A DNA stretch of 64,000 bases from an uncultured Actinomycetes bacterium (GTDB lineage Bacteria > Actinomycetota > UBA4738 > HRBIN12), in assembly GCA_963771385.1 (NCBI GenBank), contig CAVYTE010000016.1, positions 23,664-87,663 on the forward strand. The letters are read 5' to 3'. The position numbers and the translations under genes are program-made. Shown one piece after another: positions 48,981-58,724 of the stretch. Within the stretch, counting starts at the first letter, position 1. Every line of letters begins with the position of its first letter. Under the pieces are notes generated by a model. That model ran no database searches and was not told the origin of the DNA. It saw nothing but the letters and a program-made list of their open reading frames with translations.

Positions 48981-50353
48981 CGGGGCGTCTCGGGAGCAGC
49001 AACGTCAGCGCGAAGGCCACCGCGAAGCTCGGGATGCTCGCGCCCAGTCGGGAGCCGAGCAGCGGGAACGGGAGCCCGAGCCCCTCGAAGACCCCCCGGA
49101 CGGCGTCCACCCATCCCTGCGGCCCGGTCGGGACGCTCCAGTGGAAGACGAGGAACCCGGCGAGCCACGGCACGAACGCGAGCCACCGGACGCCGTCCGG
49201 CTCGAACAGCGTCCGCTCGCCGTAGCGTCCCCCCGAGCGCAGGTGGTAGTCGGCGAGGAGCACGGCAGCCAGCGGCACGAAGACCGAGCCGATCAGGAAC
49301 AGGAAGACCTCGTAGCGCTCGATGCTGAACCCGAGCGCCACGACGAACCCCACCAGGCCGACCCCGGCGGCGAGGGCGCGTTGCGGCACCTGCGGCGCGA
49401 CGTTCTGGGTCGACACCGCGGCCGAATAGATGTCGGCGAACGCGTTGTCGCTCTCGCCGACCAGCAGGGCCAGGAGCACGATGCCGCCGCCGGCGACCGC
49501 GACGATCCCGGTGCCGATGCCGGCGACGTCCGCGCTCGCCCCCGCGGACAGGACCAGGAGCGCGCCGAGGGCGTAGAACCATGCGTTCCCGGCCGCGTAG
49601 CCGGCGTACGTGCCGAGCCCGGCGCGCGCGCCGGGATCGCGCGAACCGGCTGTAGTCGGCCGCGAGCGGCAGCCACGAGACCGGCATCACGATGACGAGG
49701 TCGACGGCGAGCCAGAAGGGCAGCCCGCCCTGTCCGGGCGCGCCCCAGATCTCGCCGAGGCCGTCGCCGGCGCGGAGCACCTCGAACGTGATCCACGCCG
49801 CGGTACCGAGGAGGACCCAGATGCCGAAGCGCTCGAGCCACCGGCGCACGACGAGCACCGGCCCACCCATCGCGAGCGCCGTGCACACGACGGCGACGAC
49901 CGCGAGCCAGAACGGTCGCGACTCGAACCCGAACAACCGCCGAGAGGCGACGTTGGCGACCTCGCCCATCACCCAGAACTCGACGGCGGTCCACCCGACG
50001 AGCTGCACCACGTTCAGCGCGGAGGGGACGTACGAACCTCGCGCGCCGAGGACCGGCCGGAACAGCACCATCGTCGGGACGCCCTCGCGCTGTCCCGCGC
50101 GGGCGACGAGCGCGAGCGGGATGCACCCGAGGGCGGTGCCGACCACGATCGCGAGCAGCGCCATGCCGAGGCCGAGCGCCGGGACGAGCAGCGCGCCCGT
50201 CACGAGCACGAGGAGCCCGACCGACAGGTCGAACCACAACACGCCGAGGTCGAGACCCCGCAGCCGTCGGAGCTCGGGTGGGACCGGGCGGATGCCCCAC
50301 GCGGGCGCCTCCCGATCGAAGAGCCGTTCGAGGCGCTGGGCGACGCTGGCCAT
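48970..50353 (-). pseudogene. NCS1-family (purine-cytosine/HMP permease-like) transporter, one frameshift near 49636-49642
   Basis: The N-terminal 240 aa are in ORF 48563..50353 (…LPLAADYSRFAR). The rest (PGARAGLGTYAGYAAGNAWFYALG...ESDNAFADIYSAAVS...) is in the frame of ORF 48970..49479. The span is 1384 nt (3n+1). A TPP riboswitch precedes the gene. Confidence 0.8.
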
Positions 50354-50356
50354 GTG

Positions 50357-50480
50357 CTCCCTCCGCCGGCGTGAACCGGATCAGGTTCGAAGGGTCGCCG
50401 GCGGCGGGTCGGTGCGCCGGTGTTCCGCGACGGCCCGAGCCCCAGCCGGCCTCTCAGCCCGGTTCCCCGGACTCCCCCGC
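50357..50480 (-). promoter_or_regulatory. TPP (THI-box) riboswitch
   Basis: The minus strand reads GCGGGGGAGUCCGGGGAACCGGGCUGAGAGGCC...ACCCUUCGAACCUGAUCCGGUUCACGCCGGCGGAGGGAGCAC-AUG. This contains the conserved GGGG...CUGAGA and ACCUGAUCCGG...GCCGGCG.AGGGA blocks of RF00059. The 3' GGAGGGAG doubles as the permease RBS. Confidence 0.85.
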
Positions 50481-50516
50481 TTCGAACCTCGATGCTACCC
50501 CGCGTACGATGCGCAC

Positions 50517-51036
50517 GTGATCGGCCGGGACGACGCGATCCGTCTCCTCGAGGAGCAACACGCCGAGGTCGCGGGCCTCCTCGGGGAGCTGGACGGACGA
50601 CGCGTTCGCGCGACGCGGCACGATCGGCGGCGGCGAGTGGTCGGCGAAGGACCTCGCCCTGCACCTCGGGTCCTGGGAGGAGCTGGCGAGGGCGACGCTC
50701 ACCGAGTTCGCCCGAGGCGTACGACCGGGCGTCGAGGACACGTTGGTCCAGGCCGGAGACAGCGACCGGTTCAACGACCAGCAGGTGCGCGAGCACCGAG
50801 ACGTCGCTCCCGACGAGGCTCGAGCGAACTTCGATCGGCACCACGCACGGGTCGTCGAGGCGATCGCCGCGACCGAGGACGGCGTGTGGGACTCGCCCTA
50901 TCCGTTCGACCCGGACGTCGCCACGGTCGCCGAGCGGATCGGATCCCTGCTCGGCTCCGACGAGGGTGGAGACTTCACGCACGCGCGCGCCCACCTTCCG
51001 GACCTGCGGGCCTACGTCGCGTCGACCAGGCGCTGA
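50517..51036 (+). pseudogene. DinB-family (DinB_2 / mycothiol-dependent-enzyme-like) protein, one frameshift near 50594-50597
   Basis: VIGRDDAIRLLEEQHAEVAGLLGELD is followed, after the shift, by DAFARRGTIGGGEWSAKDLALHLGSWEE...THARAHLPDL. The span is 520 nt (3n+1). Confidence 0.65.
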
Positions 51037-51449
51037 AGGCGGGAGAGCCCGCGGCGCATGAGACGCCGCAGGAACGGACGGTAGGCCAGCAGTGCGAGCT
51101 CGCCGAGGAACGGCACCGGCAGGAAGAGGTCCTCCGTCCACGTGAAGCGCGTGCCGTCGCGCCCCGGCTCGAGCCGCCAGGTCCCGAGGCCTCGAACGAA
51201 GCTCCGATGACGCATCTCGAGCCGTGCCGGCGGATCCCACCTCGTGACCTCGAGCTCCTCGGCGAACAGCGGGACGTGCAGGACGCGGTTCTTCACGCGG
51301 ATCCGGGTCCCCAGACCTTCCCGCTCGGACGAGACCACGCGCACCCAGACGGCGTCCTGCATCCACCGCGGCTGCTCCTCCCAACGGATCGCCGCCGCCC
51401 ACACGCGCTCGGGTTCGGCTCCGAACAGCGCCGAGGCCTGGACGCGCAT
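51012..51449 (-). CDS. SRPBCC-family protein
   Basis: The ATG at 51449 gives 145 aa: MRVQASALFGAEPERVWAAAIRWEEQPRWM...TRFTWTEDL. The longer ORF-track start is unlikely. Confidence 0.65.
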   Translation of the reverse strand: MRVQASALFGAEPERVWAAAIRWEEQPRWMQDAVWVRVVSSEREGLGTRIRVKNRVLHVPLFAEELEVTRWDPPARLEMRHRSFVRGLGTWRLEPGRDGTRFTWTEDLFLPVPFLGELALLAYRPFLRRLMRRGLSRLQRLVDAT

Positions 51450-51457
51450 CGCGGCGA

Positions 51458-52674
51458 CTACAGGCCCGCGGCCTCGCCGGTCTTCGGCAGCCTCGTCATC
51501 GTCTCGCGGATCGAGAGCACGAGCCCGAGCGCGACGACGGCCGGAAGCGCGCTGATCGCGAACGCGGCTCCGAAGCCGAACGCGTTCGCCGACCAACCGG
51601 CGATGAGGGGTCCGACGACGAACCCGAGGTCTCCCGCGAACCGGAAGGCCGCGACCGCCGAGCCCTTCATCTCGGCGGGCGTCACGTCGGAGAGCATCGG
51701 AGCGGGGGGGACGCCCGCGAAGCCGCTCGCCACGCCGAGCACCCCCATCGCGATCATGAACGTGATCGTGGTCGAGGTGAGCCCGAAGGCCGCGGTCGAC
51801 AGCGCGAGGCCGATCAGCGCCGGGATCAGGACGGCACGCCGTCCCCGGTGGTCGGTCGCGTGACCCGCCGGATAGAGCACGGCGAGCTCGGTGGCGGTCG
51901 CGATCGCGAGACCGAGGCCGACGCCGCTGAGGGTGAGCCCGAGCTCCTCGGTCCCGAATAGGGCACGAGCGTCTGGAAGATGGCTCCGATCATCCACAGG
52001 TAGACGCCGTTCACGACGAGCACCGTGATGAAGGGCCGGCTCCACGGGAGACGCCGGATCCCGCCGCGCCGCACCTCGTCCTCGTGCCGCCCCGGATCGT
52101 GGATCGTCCGCCAGAACATCACGGCCGAGACGAAGCACGCCGCCGCGTAGATGTAGAGCGGGCTCACCAGACCGAACCACCGGGCCATGAGCCCTCCGAG
52201 CGGGCCGCCCGCGATGAACCCGATGTTGAACGACGCGAAGTACACGCTCATCACGCGCCCCTGGCGTTGGGTCGGCACCGTCCGCAGCAGGAACGAGAGC
52301 AGCGCCGCGAAGAACAGGGCGGAGCCGACGCCGCCCGCAGCCCGCAGGATCACGAGCAACGGGAACGTCGGCGCGAGCGCGGCACCGACCGACGAGACCC
52401 CGACCCAGACGGCTCCGAGGGTCGCCATCGCACGCTCCCCGTACCGGTCGATGTACCGCCCGACGAACGGATCGGCCACCAGCCGCGTGAACGAGAACGC
52501 AGAGATCAGCAGGCCGACCGAGTCGTAGCCCACGCCGAAGCTCCTCGCGTAGTTCGGCAGGACCGGGGCGAGGATGCCGAAGCCGAGCATGATGACGAAC
52601 GTCCCGAGCATCGCGGCTCGGATCTCCGGGAGACGGAGGATCTCCCGGACGCCGAGTTTCTCCGCCCCGCTCAC
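51458..52674 (-). pseudogene. MFS transporter, 1-nt deletion in a homopolymer near 51961-51963
   Basis: The N-terminal six helices are in ORF 51826..52755 (…GRYIDRYGER motif). The C-terminal half is in ORF 51458..52180. The junction is ...IFQTLVP|LFGTEELGL, and adding one C to the CCC run restores the frame. Confidence 0.8.
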
Positions 52675-52753
52675 GCCGCGCAGTCTACGGGTGGGCCCCC
52701 GCGGCGCACGGAGGCGCTTGCGCCGCACCCGGTCCGTGCGATTCGATGGCCAC

Positions 52754-53959
52754 ATGCCCGACGCAACGAGCGGCGCGGTCGCCGCGACCAGCCTCGCGAC
52801 GCCCTCGCTCGACGGGGGATCCGCGCTCGAGACATCGGACGCGGCCGTCGCATGGACGGACGGCGTGATCAGCTACGTGGGACCGGCCGCGGGGCTGCCG
52901 GGCGGCGAGCCGGAATGGTTCGAGGGCTGCACGATCGCGCCGGGGTTCGTCGACTGTCACACGCACCTGCCGTTCGTCGGATGGCGGGCCGACGAGTTCG
53001 AGGCGCGCCTGTCCGGTGTGTCGTACCGGGACCTCCACGGCGAAGGGGGGATCTACCGGAGCGCACACTTGCTCGCCGAGGCGTCGGACGACGAGGTCCT
53101 GGCGTTCTGTCGCCCGCTCGTGCGGGAGATGGCCGAGCACGGGACGACGACGCTCGAGCTGAAGACCGGGTACGGACTCTCCGTCGAGGGTGAGCTGCGA
53201 CAGGCGCGTCTCGCGCGCCGGCTCGCCGAAGAGGCTCCGCAGACCTGCACCGTGACGTTGCTCGCCTGCCACGCGGTCCCGGATGGGATGGAGCGCTCGA
53301 CATGGGTCGAGGCCGCCTGCGCCGAGCTGATCCCGGCCGCCGCGGCCGAGGGCCTTGCCGACGCCGTCGACGTCTACGTCGAGGACATCGCGTTCTCGCT
53401 GGACGATCTGGCGTCGGTGGCCGAGGCGGCCTCGGCGGCGGGCCTGCCGCTTCGATGTCACGCCGACCAGCTCGGTCCCTCCGGCGCGGCCGAGTCCGCC
53501 GTCGCGCTCGGAGCTCGGAGCGCCGACCACCTGAACCACGTCTCAGCGGACGGTGCCGCCGCGCTCGGCGCCGCACCCGAGACCGTCGCCGTGCTCCTGC
53601 CGACCTCGACCTTGTTCCTGCGCTCGTCCCCGCCCGACGCGCGCGCGCTGCTCGACGCCGGCGCGGTGGTCGCGATCGCGAGCGACTGCAACCCGGGCAC
53701 CTCGCCCGTGGTCTCGATGCCCGAGGTGATCGCGACGGCCTGCTCGCTCTACGGGCTCTCGCCCCTCGAGGCGCTGCGAGGCGCGACGGCGAACGCCGCC
53801 CGCGCACTCGGACTCCACGAGCGCGGTACCCTGGCCCCGGGCAGGCCCGCCGACCTCGTCGTCGTCGAGGGCGATGCCTTCCGGCAGGTGCCGTACCGGC
53901 CCGGACACAACCCGGTCCGGCGTACGTTCGTGGACGGGAGGAGGGTCGCGGAACGATGA
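52754..53959 (+). CDS. hutI: Imidazolonepropionase
   Basis: The ATG at 52754 gives about 401 aa with GFVDCHTHLPF, CHADQL, ADHLNH and IASDCNPGTS, the amidohydrolase/HutI motifs. Confidence 0.9.
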   Translation: MPDATSGAVAATSLATPSLDGGSALETSDAAVAWTDGVISYVGPAAGLPGGEPEWFEGCTIAPGFVDCHTHLPFVGWRADEFEARLSGVSYRDLHGEGGIYRSAHLLAEASDDEVLAFCRPLVREMAEHGTTTLELKTGYGLSVEGELRQARLARRLAEEAPQTCTVTLLACHAVPDGMERSTWVEAACAELIPAAAAEGLADAVDVYVEDIAFSLDDLASVAEAASAAGLPLRCHADQLGPSGAAESAVALGARSADHLNHVSADGAAALGAAPETVAVLLPTSTLFLRSSPPDARALLDAGAVVAIASDCNPGTSPVVSMPEVIATACSLYGLSPLEALRGATANAARALGLHERGTLAPGRPADLVVVEGDAFRQVPYRPGHNPVRRTFVDGRRVAER

Positions 53960-55114
53960 GGAGGATCCCCGTGTTGGTCCTCGCGCTCGTCGCGGCCTTC
54001 CTGCTTCCGACCCCCGCGGCGGCACAGACGTCGCCCACCCTCACGCTCACCGCGTCGGCGGGCAGGATCGACTTCGGCGAGCGGGTGACGCTTTCGGGCA
54101 CGTCGTCGGCCGCCCTGGCCGGCGCGAACGTGGAGATCGTGGACGCGGCGGGCACGGTCGTCGCGAGCGACGCGATGAACGCCGACGGCACGTTCGGGGC
54201 GACGATCTCGCCGGACGGGACCGACCGCTATCGCGCGCGGTTGGGGGACGCGACGAGCGAGGCGGTCACCGTGCGGGTGCGCGCCCGGCTGACGGTGCGG
54301 ATGTCGCCGGTTCGGCTCTTCGACGTCGTGGTCGTTCGGGGCACGGTCGCACCCGCCCGGCCGGGAGAGCGCGTGAAGGTCACCCTGACCAGGGGCGGGC
54401 GAACGGTGGCGCGCCGAACCGTCGTGGTCCGCGCGGACGGGGTGTTCCGGGCGACGTTCCCGATCGATCGCGCCGGCACCCATCGGGCGGTGGCGTCGTT
54501 CGCGACCGGGGACCTGGTACGCGCCCAGGCGAGGACCGACGCCGACATGACGCCGCTGCCGACGTTGTCCGCCGGCGATCGCGGCGTGTTCGTCGGCCTG
54601 CTCGAGCGGCGACTGGTCGAGCTCCACTACCGGCTCGCGGACGCGAGGGATCGAACCTTCGACTTCCGGACCGGCGACGCGGTCGTCGCGTTCCACAAGG
54701 TGCAGGGCATGGAGCGCGTGTTCGTCGTCCGCGAGGCGACGTGGCGGCGCATGGCGCGCACCCCGCACCCCGCATCCTCGGCGCGACTGGAACGGCTTCC
54801 ACTTCGAGGTCGATCAGACGCGCCAGGTCCTCTACACGGTGGAGGACGGCGAGATCACGAACGTGCTGCACGTCTCGACCGGCGCGGGCGGGGCGACCAG
54901 GGACGGGAGCTTCCGGGTGCACCGCAAGCTCGCCGGGTACTCACCGAACCGCCTCTACTACCCGAGCTACTTCGACGGCCTCCGCGCGCTGCACGGCTGG
55001 ACCGAGGTGCCGACCTATGCCGCGAGCCACGGGTGCGTCCGGATCCCGTACTGGAACGCGCAGTGGGTCTTCGCGCTCGCGGACTACGGCACGCCCGTCG
55101 TGGTCTACCACTGA
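53956..55114 (+). pseudogene. Secreted L,D-transpeptidase (YkuD domain), at least 1 frameshift near 54765-54795
   Basis: The ATG at 53956 forms an ATGA overlap with the hutI stop. The signal peptide is MRRIPVLVLALVAAFLLPTPAAAQ. The catalytic part is in ORF 54839..55114 and contains SHGCVRIP. The span is 1159 nt (3n+1). Confidence 0.8.
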
Positions 55115-55157
55115 GGTCGCCCGAGTCGGTCGCGACCGGCCGTGACGAATAGCGGGG

Positions 55158-55574
55158 TCATCCCTGTGGTTGGCGAGGGTCACCGGCGGTGGTGGCCGTT
55201 CCGATCGAGTCGAGCGCTTCCTTGGCGAGCTCGAGCGCACGTGCTGCGTCCACACCCAGCTGACGGGCTCGGACGGCGAACGCCTGCGCGGCGTCCGCCA
55301 TCGCCTCGGTCGAGACGCCCCGTTGCGTTCCGCCGTTCATCTCGGCCACGAACGACCCGTGACGGCCCCGGGTGGCGATGACCCCGTCCGCCTCGAGCTC
55401 GCGGTACGCGCGCGCGACGGTTCCCCCGGCCACGCGGAGGTCCTTCGCGAGCTGGCGGATCGTCGGGAGTCTCGCTCCGACACCGAGCACACCCGTCGCG
55501 GCCATCGTCGCGATCTGCGTGCGGATCTGCTCGAACGGGGGCACGGGCGACGACGCGTCGACACGGACGATCAT
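55158..55574 (-). CDS. Short GntR-family regulator (YhcF-like, no effector domain)
   Basis: The ATG at 55574 gives 138 aa: PPFEQIRTQIATMAATGVLGVGARLPTIRQLAKDLRVAGGTVARAYRELEADGVI. There is an ATGA overlap with the upstream membrane-protein gene. Confidence 0.85.
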   Translation of the reverse strand: MIVRVDASSPVPPFEQIRTQIATMAATGVLGVGARLPTIRQLAKDLRVAGGTVARAYRELEADGVIATRGRHGSFVAEMNGGTQRGVSTEAMADAAQAFAVRARQLGVDAARALELAKEALDSIGTATTAGDPRQPQG

Positions 55575-56425
55575 GCGGCACTCCGCACCCCGCGACGGAC
55601 CCGAACGCGCGTGGGGTGGGCGACGTTCATCCAGCACACGAGGGAAAGCAGGAACAGCAGGACGACCGTCACCCCGGCGACGATCCCTCCGGCCTCCCCG
55701 GGGATCCCGGCGGCAAGGGTGATGGCGACCAGAGGCCCAGCGAACTGGATGAGGAGCGCGATACCGGCACCCGCGACCACATGGACCGAGGTGGATCGCA
55801 TCGCATCGTCGATCTCCAGGTCGTCGATGTCCGCCAGCGATTGACGTCGTGCCACGATCCGGCGCTCGATCATCTCGACGAGGACGGCGATCGTTGCTCC
55901 GGCCAGGCCGTACGACGCGATGCTGCCTGGGCCGGGCAGATCGATGTCGGCGGTCGGCTGGAGGAGCGCGTACGGGAGGATCATGGCGACTGCGAGGGCG
56001 CCGAGGGCTCGCTGCAGCAAGAGGAGACGGCGAGAGAGGTAGTCGACGAGGCTTCGAGGTCGCATCAGGGCGATCGACCCGGGCTCCCGACTTCGATGCG
56101 CGGCGAACTCCGCAACCAGAGCGCCGAGCAGGTACCCGACGAGCATCAACGGGATGGCCCACGCACCCTCATCGATCGTGCGACCCGAGACGACCGAGTA
56201 GAGCCACGGCGACAGGAAGCCGACGACCGCGCCGATCCTGCGTCCGCGTCGGCTCCAGAGGAGGTAGCGCCGTACGACGAGGGTCGTGTCAGTGGTGAGC
56301 TCGATGCCTGTCGCCTCGACCCATCGCTTGAGTTCGGTGGTGTCGGCTCCGTTTCGCCGGGCGAGCCCCATCGCCAAGATCACCGCCAGCACGCCGAGCG
56401 CGAGCAGTTCCGTCCGGCCTAGCAC
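55571..56425 (-). CDS. Membrane protein co-transcribed with the GntR regulator
   Basis: About 284 aa counted from the GTG at 56425, which is preceded by GGAGGAG. It has several TM segments. The ORF-track start at 56470 would bury the promoter/operator-like AT-rich palindrome. Confidence 0.6.
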   Translation of the reverse strand: MLGRTELLALGVLAVILAMGLARRNGADTTELKRWVEATGIELTTDTTLVVRRYLLWSRRGRRIGAVVGFLSPWLYSVVSGRTIDEGAWAIPLMLVGYLLGALVAEFAAHRSREPGSIALMRPRSLVDYLSRRLLLLQRALGALAVAMILPYALLQPTADIDLPGPGSIASYGLAGATIAVLVEMIERRIVARRQSLADIDDLEIDDAMRSTSVHVVAGAGIALLIQFAGPLVAITLAAGIPGEAGGIVAGVTVVLLFLLSLVCWMNVAHPTRVRVRRGVRSAA

Positions 56426-56449
56426 TGGCTCCTCCGAGCTGTTTGTAGC

Positions 56450-56465
56450 ATTGTAGCGATACAAT
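56450..56465. promoter_or_regulatory. Palindrome ATTGTA-GCGA-TACAAT (candidate GntR operator overlapping a TACAAT -10 box)
   Basis: A perfect 6-4-6 inverted repeat in the only AT-rich patch of the region, 25-40 nt upstream of the GTG at 56425. It has the GT...AC core typical of GntR-family operators. Confidence 0.45.
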
Positions 56466-56573
56466 CGCACCTATAGAGAGGGCCGTCAAGTCCCGGTAGA
56501 GAGAGGTGGCCCCACGAAGGACCCGCAGCCGATGCCGTCGGTAACCGTGGAGCCGACAGCGTAGGAGCCCTCT

Positions 56574-58100
56574 TCAGTCGAGGGGTCCGACCGCCGACTC
56601 CGCGGCCTCGAGCAGCGCACCCGACCGGACGAGCTCGGTGACCGCGCCGATGTCCGCACCGAGTTCTCGGTCCGCGTCGAGGAACGCCACCCGCTCGCGG
56701 ATCGCGTCGTGGGCTCCGCGCGTCCCGGCGGCGGGTTCGATCGGCGATCGCAGATCGATCGCCTGGGCGGCGACGAGCGCCTCGAGCGCGACCACGAGCT
56801 CGGCGTTGCCGACGACCTCGCGCGCGTGCCGCGCCGAGGTCATCCCCATGCTCACGTGGTCCTCCTGCCCGGCCGACGAACCGATCGAGTCGACCGAGGC
56901 CGGGTGCGCGAGCGTCTTGCACTCGGACACGAGCGACGCGGCCGTGTACTGGACGAGCATGAAGCCGGAGTTCAGTCCGCTCTCGGCGACGAGGAATGCC
57001 GGGAGACCGTTGTTGCGCACGGGATCGAGCAGACGGTAGAGGCGGCGCTCGGCGATGCTCGCGAGTGGGACGGTGGCCGCCGCGAGCGCATCGAGCGCCG
57101 CGGCCACCGGTTGCCCGTGGAAGTTGCCGCCGGAGAGCACCTCGCCGTCCTCGGGAAGGACGATCGGGTTGTCGGAGACGGCGTTCGCCTCGGTGCGCAG
57201 GACCTCGCGCGCGAAGCGCAGGACCTCCCGGGTCGCGCCGTGCACCTGCGGTGAACACCGCAGCGAGTACGCGTCCTGCACGAGGTGCGTGCTGTCTCGA
57301 TGCGAGGCGACGATCGCGCTCCCGGACAGCAGGCGGCGGAGGTTCGAGGCGGAGGCGGTCACGCCGGGGTGCGGCCGAAGCGCCGCGAGTCGCTCGTCGA
57401 ACACCCGGTCCGAGCCGAGTGCACCCTCGACGCTCATGGCGGCCGTGACGTCCGCGGTCCTCGCGAGCCGCTCGATCCGGTCGGCCGCCATGATGCCGAC
57501 CGCGAGCATGCCCTGGGTCCCGTTCACGAGCGCGAGACCCTCCTTCGCTTGCAGGGCGATCGGCTCGAGGCCCGCGGCACGCAGCGCTTCGTCGGCCGCG
57601 GTCGCGACGCCGTGCACGAGCACCTCACCGCGACCGAGCAGCGGAAGCGCGAGGTTCGCGAGCGGGGCGAGATCGCCCGAGGCGCCCAGCGACCCCTGCT
57701 GCGGTACGACGGGGATCAGGTCGCCGTTCAGCATCTCCACCATCCGTTCGACGATCTCGGCCCGGACCCCGGAATGGCCGAGCGCCAGGACGTGCGCGCG
57801 CAGCAACAGCATCGCTCGGGTCTCCTCGCGAGACAGGGGATCCCCGACGGCGGTCGCGTGCGATCGCACGATCCCCTCCTGGAGGGCGTCGGCCTGCTCG
57901 GGCTCGATCCGGACGTTCGCGAGCGACCCGAACCCGGTCGTGACCCCGTAGACCGTGGCCCCCGAACCGACGGCTCGTTCGACGACCTCGCGAGCCGCGC
58001 CGATCCGGCCGATGGCCGCCGGTCCGAGCTCGACCTCCGCGCCGTTCGCGACCGAGACGACGTCCTCGAGCGAGAGCGCTTCCCCGACGCTGACCGGCAC
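56574..58100 (-). CDS. hutH: Histidine ammonia-lyase
   Basis: 508 aa with the MIO-forming GSLGASGDLAPLA motif. Confidence 0.95.
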   Translation of the reverse strand: MPVSVGEALSLEDVVSVANGAEVELGPAAIGRIGAAREVVERAVGSGATVYGVTTGFGSLANVRIEPEQADALQEGIVRSHATAVGDPLSREETRAMLLLRAHVLALGHSGVRAEIVERMVEMLNGDLIPVVPQQGSLGASGDLAPLANLALPLLGRGEVLVHGVATAADEALRAAGLEPIALQAKEGLALVNGTQGMLAVGIMAADRIERLARTADVTAAMSVEGALGSDRVFDERLAALRPHPGVTASASNLRRLLSGSAIVASHRDSTHLVQDAYSLRCSPQVHGATREVLRFAREVLRTEANAVSDNPIVLPEDGEVLSGGNFHGQPVAAALDALAAATVPLASIAERRLYRLLDPVRNNGLPAFLVAESGLNSGFMLVQYTAASLVSECKTLAHPASVDSIGSSAGQEDHVSMGMTSARHAREVVGNAELVVALEALVAAQAIDLRSPIEPAAGTRGAHDAIRERVAFLDADRELGADIGAVTELVRSGALLEAAESAVGPLD

Positions 58101-58177
58101 GGCGCAAGGCTACGGAGGCGTCCGCAGCCCGGCAAGCCGGTCCCCGCGCGCCGGCGGCGGCCGTACCCTGGGTCGGG

Positions 58178-58708
58178 ATGGCGAACCCGTGGGACGACCT
58201 CGACCCCGACTCGGCCCGCGACGAGGTCGCGGCGGCGGCACCCGGCCGGCGCGACGGGGGCACATCCCGACGCGCGCATCGGCCGGGCGAACCCGGCGCG
58301 TTCGTCGCCCTCGGACGCGGTCTGTTGCGCCGATGCCCCCGGTGCGGATCTCGCGGCCTGTTCGCAGGCTGGTTCAAGATCCGGCCGCGCTGCCCCACCT
58401 GCGGGCTTCGGCTGGAGCGCGAGGAGGGGGGGTTCCTCGGCGCGATGGTGATCAGCTACGTGGCCACCGCCCTCGTCTGGGTGACGCTGCTCGTCGTGTG
58501 GCTGGTGATCGACCTGCCCGACCTCCACGTGGCCGCGCTCACGATCGTGTCGATCGCCGTCGCGGCGCTGTTCCCGCTGCTGTTCTGGCCGTTCTCGAAG
58601 ACGATCTGGGCGGGCGTCGACCACCTCGTGGACCGGACGAGCCCGGACTACGAGGACCGGGAGGTCGCCGATCGTGCGGGGGGCAACGGCGGCCGCCGAG
58701 CGACGTGA
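58178..58708 (+). CDS. DUF983-like zinc-ribbon membrane protein
   Basis: RCPRCGSRGLFAGWFKIRPRCPTCGLRLEREEGGFLGAMV is followed by two TM helices. Confidence 0.65.
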   Translation: MANPWDDLDPDSARDEVAAAAPGRRDGGTSRRAHRPGEPGAFVALGRGLLRRCPRCGSRGLFAGWFKIRPRCPTCGLRLEREEGGFLGAMVISYVATALVWVTLLVVWLVIDLPDLHVAALTIVSIAVAALFPLLFWPFSKTIWAGVDHLVDRTSPDYEDREVADRAGGNGGRRAT

Positions 58709-58724
58709 CCGACGGATGCGCCGG

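Noticed and set aside
50381-50392. GGTTCGAAGG, and a second TTCGAACC at 50481-50488, resembling a tRNA T-loop.
   Set aside because: No acceptor, D or anticodon arms can be formed. The first copy is the reverse complement of the conserved GAACCUGAUCCGG block of the TPP riboswitch.
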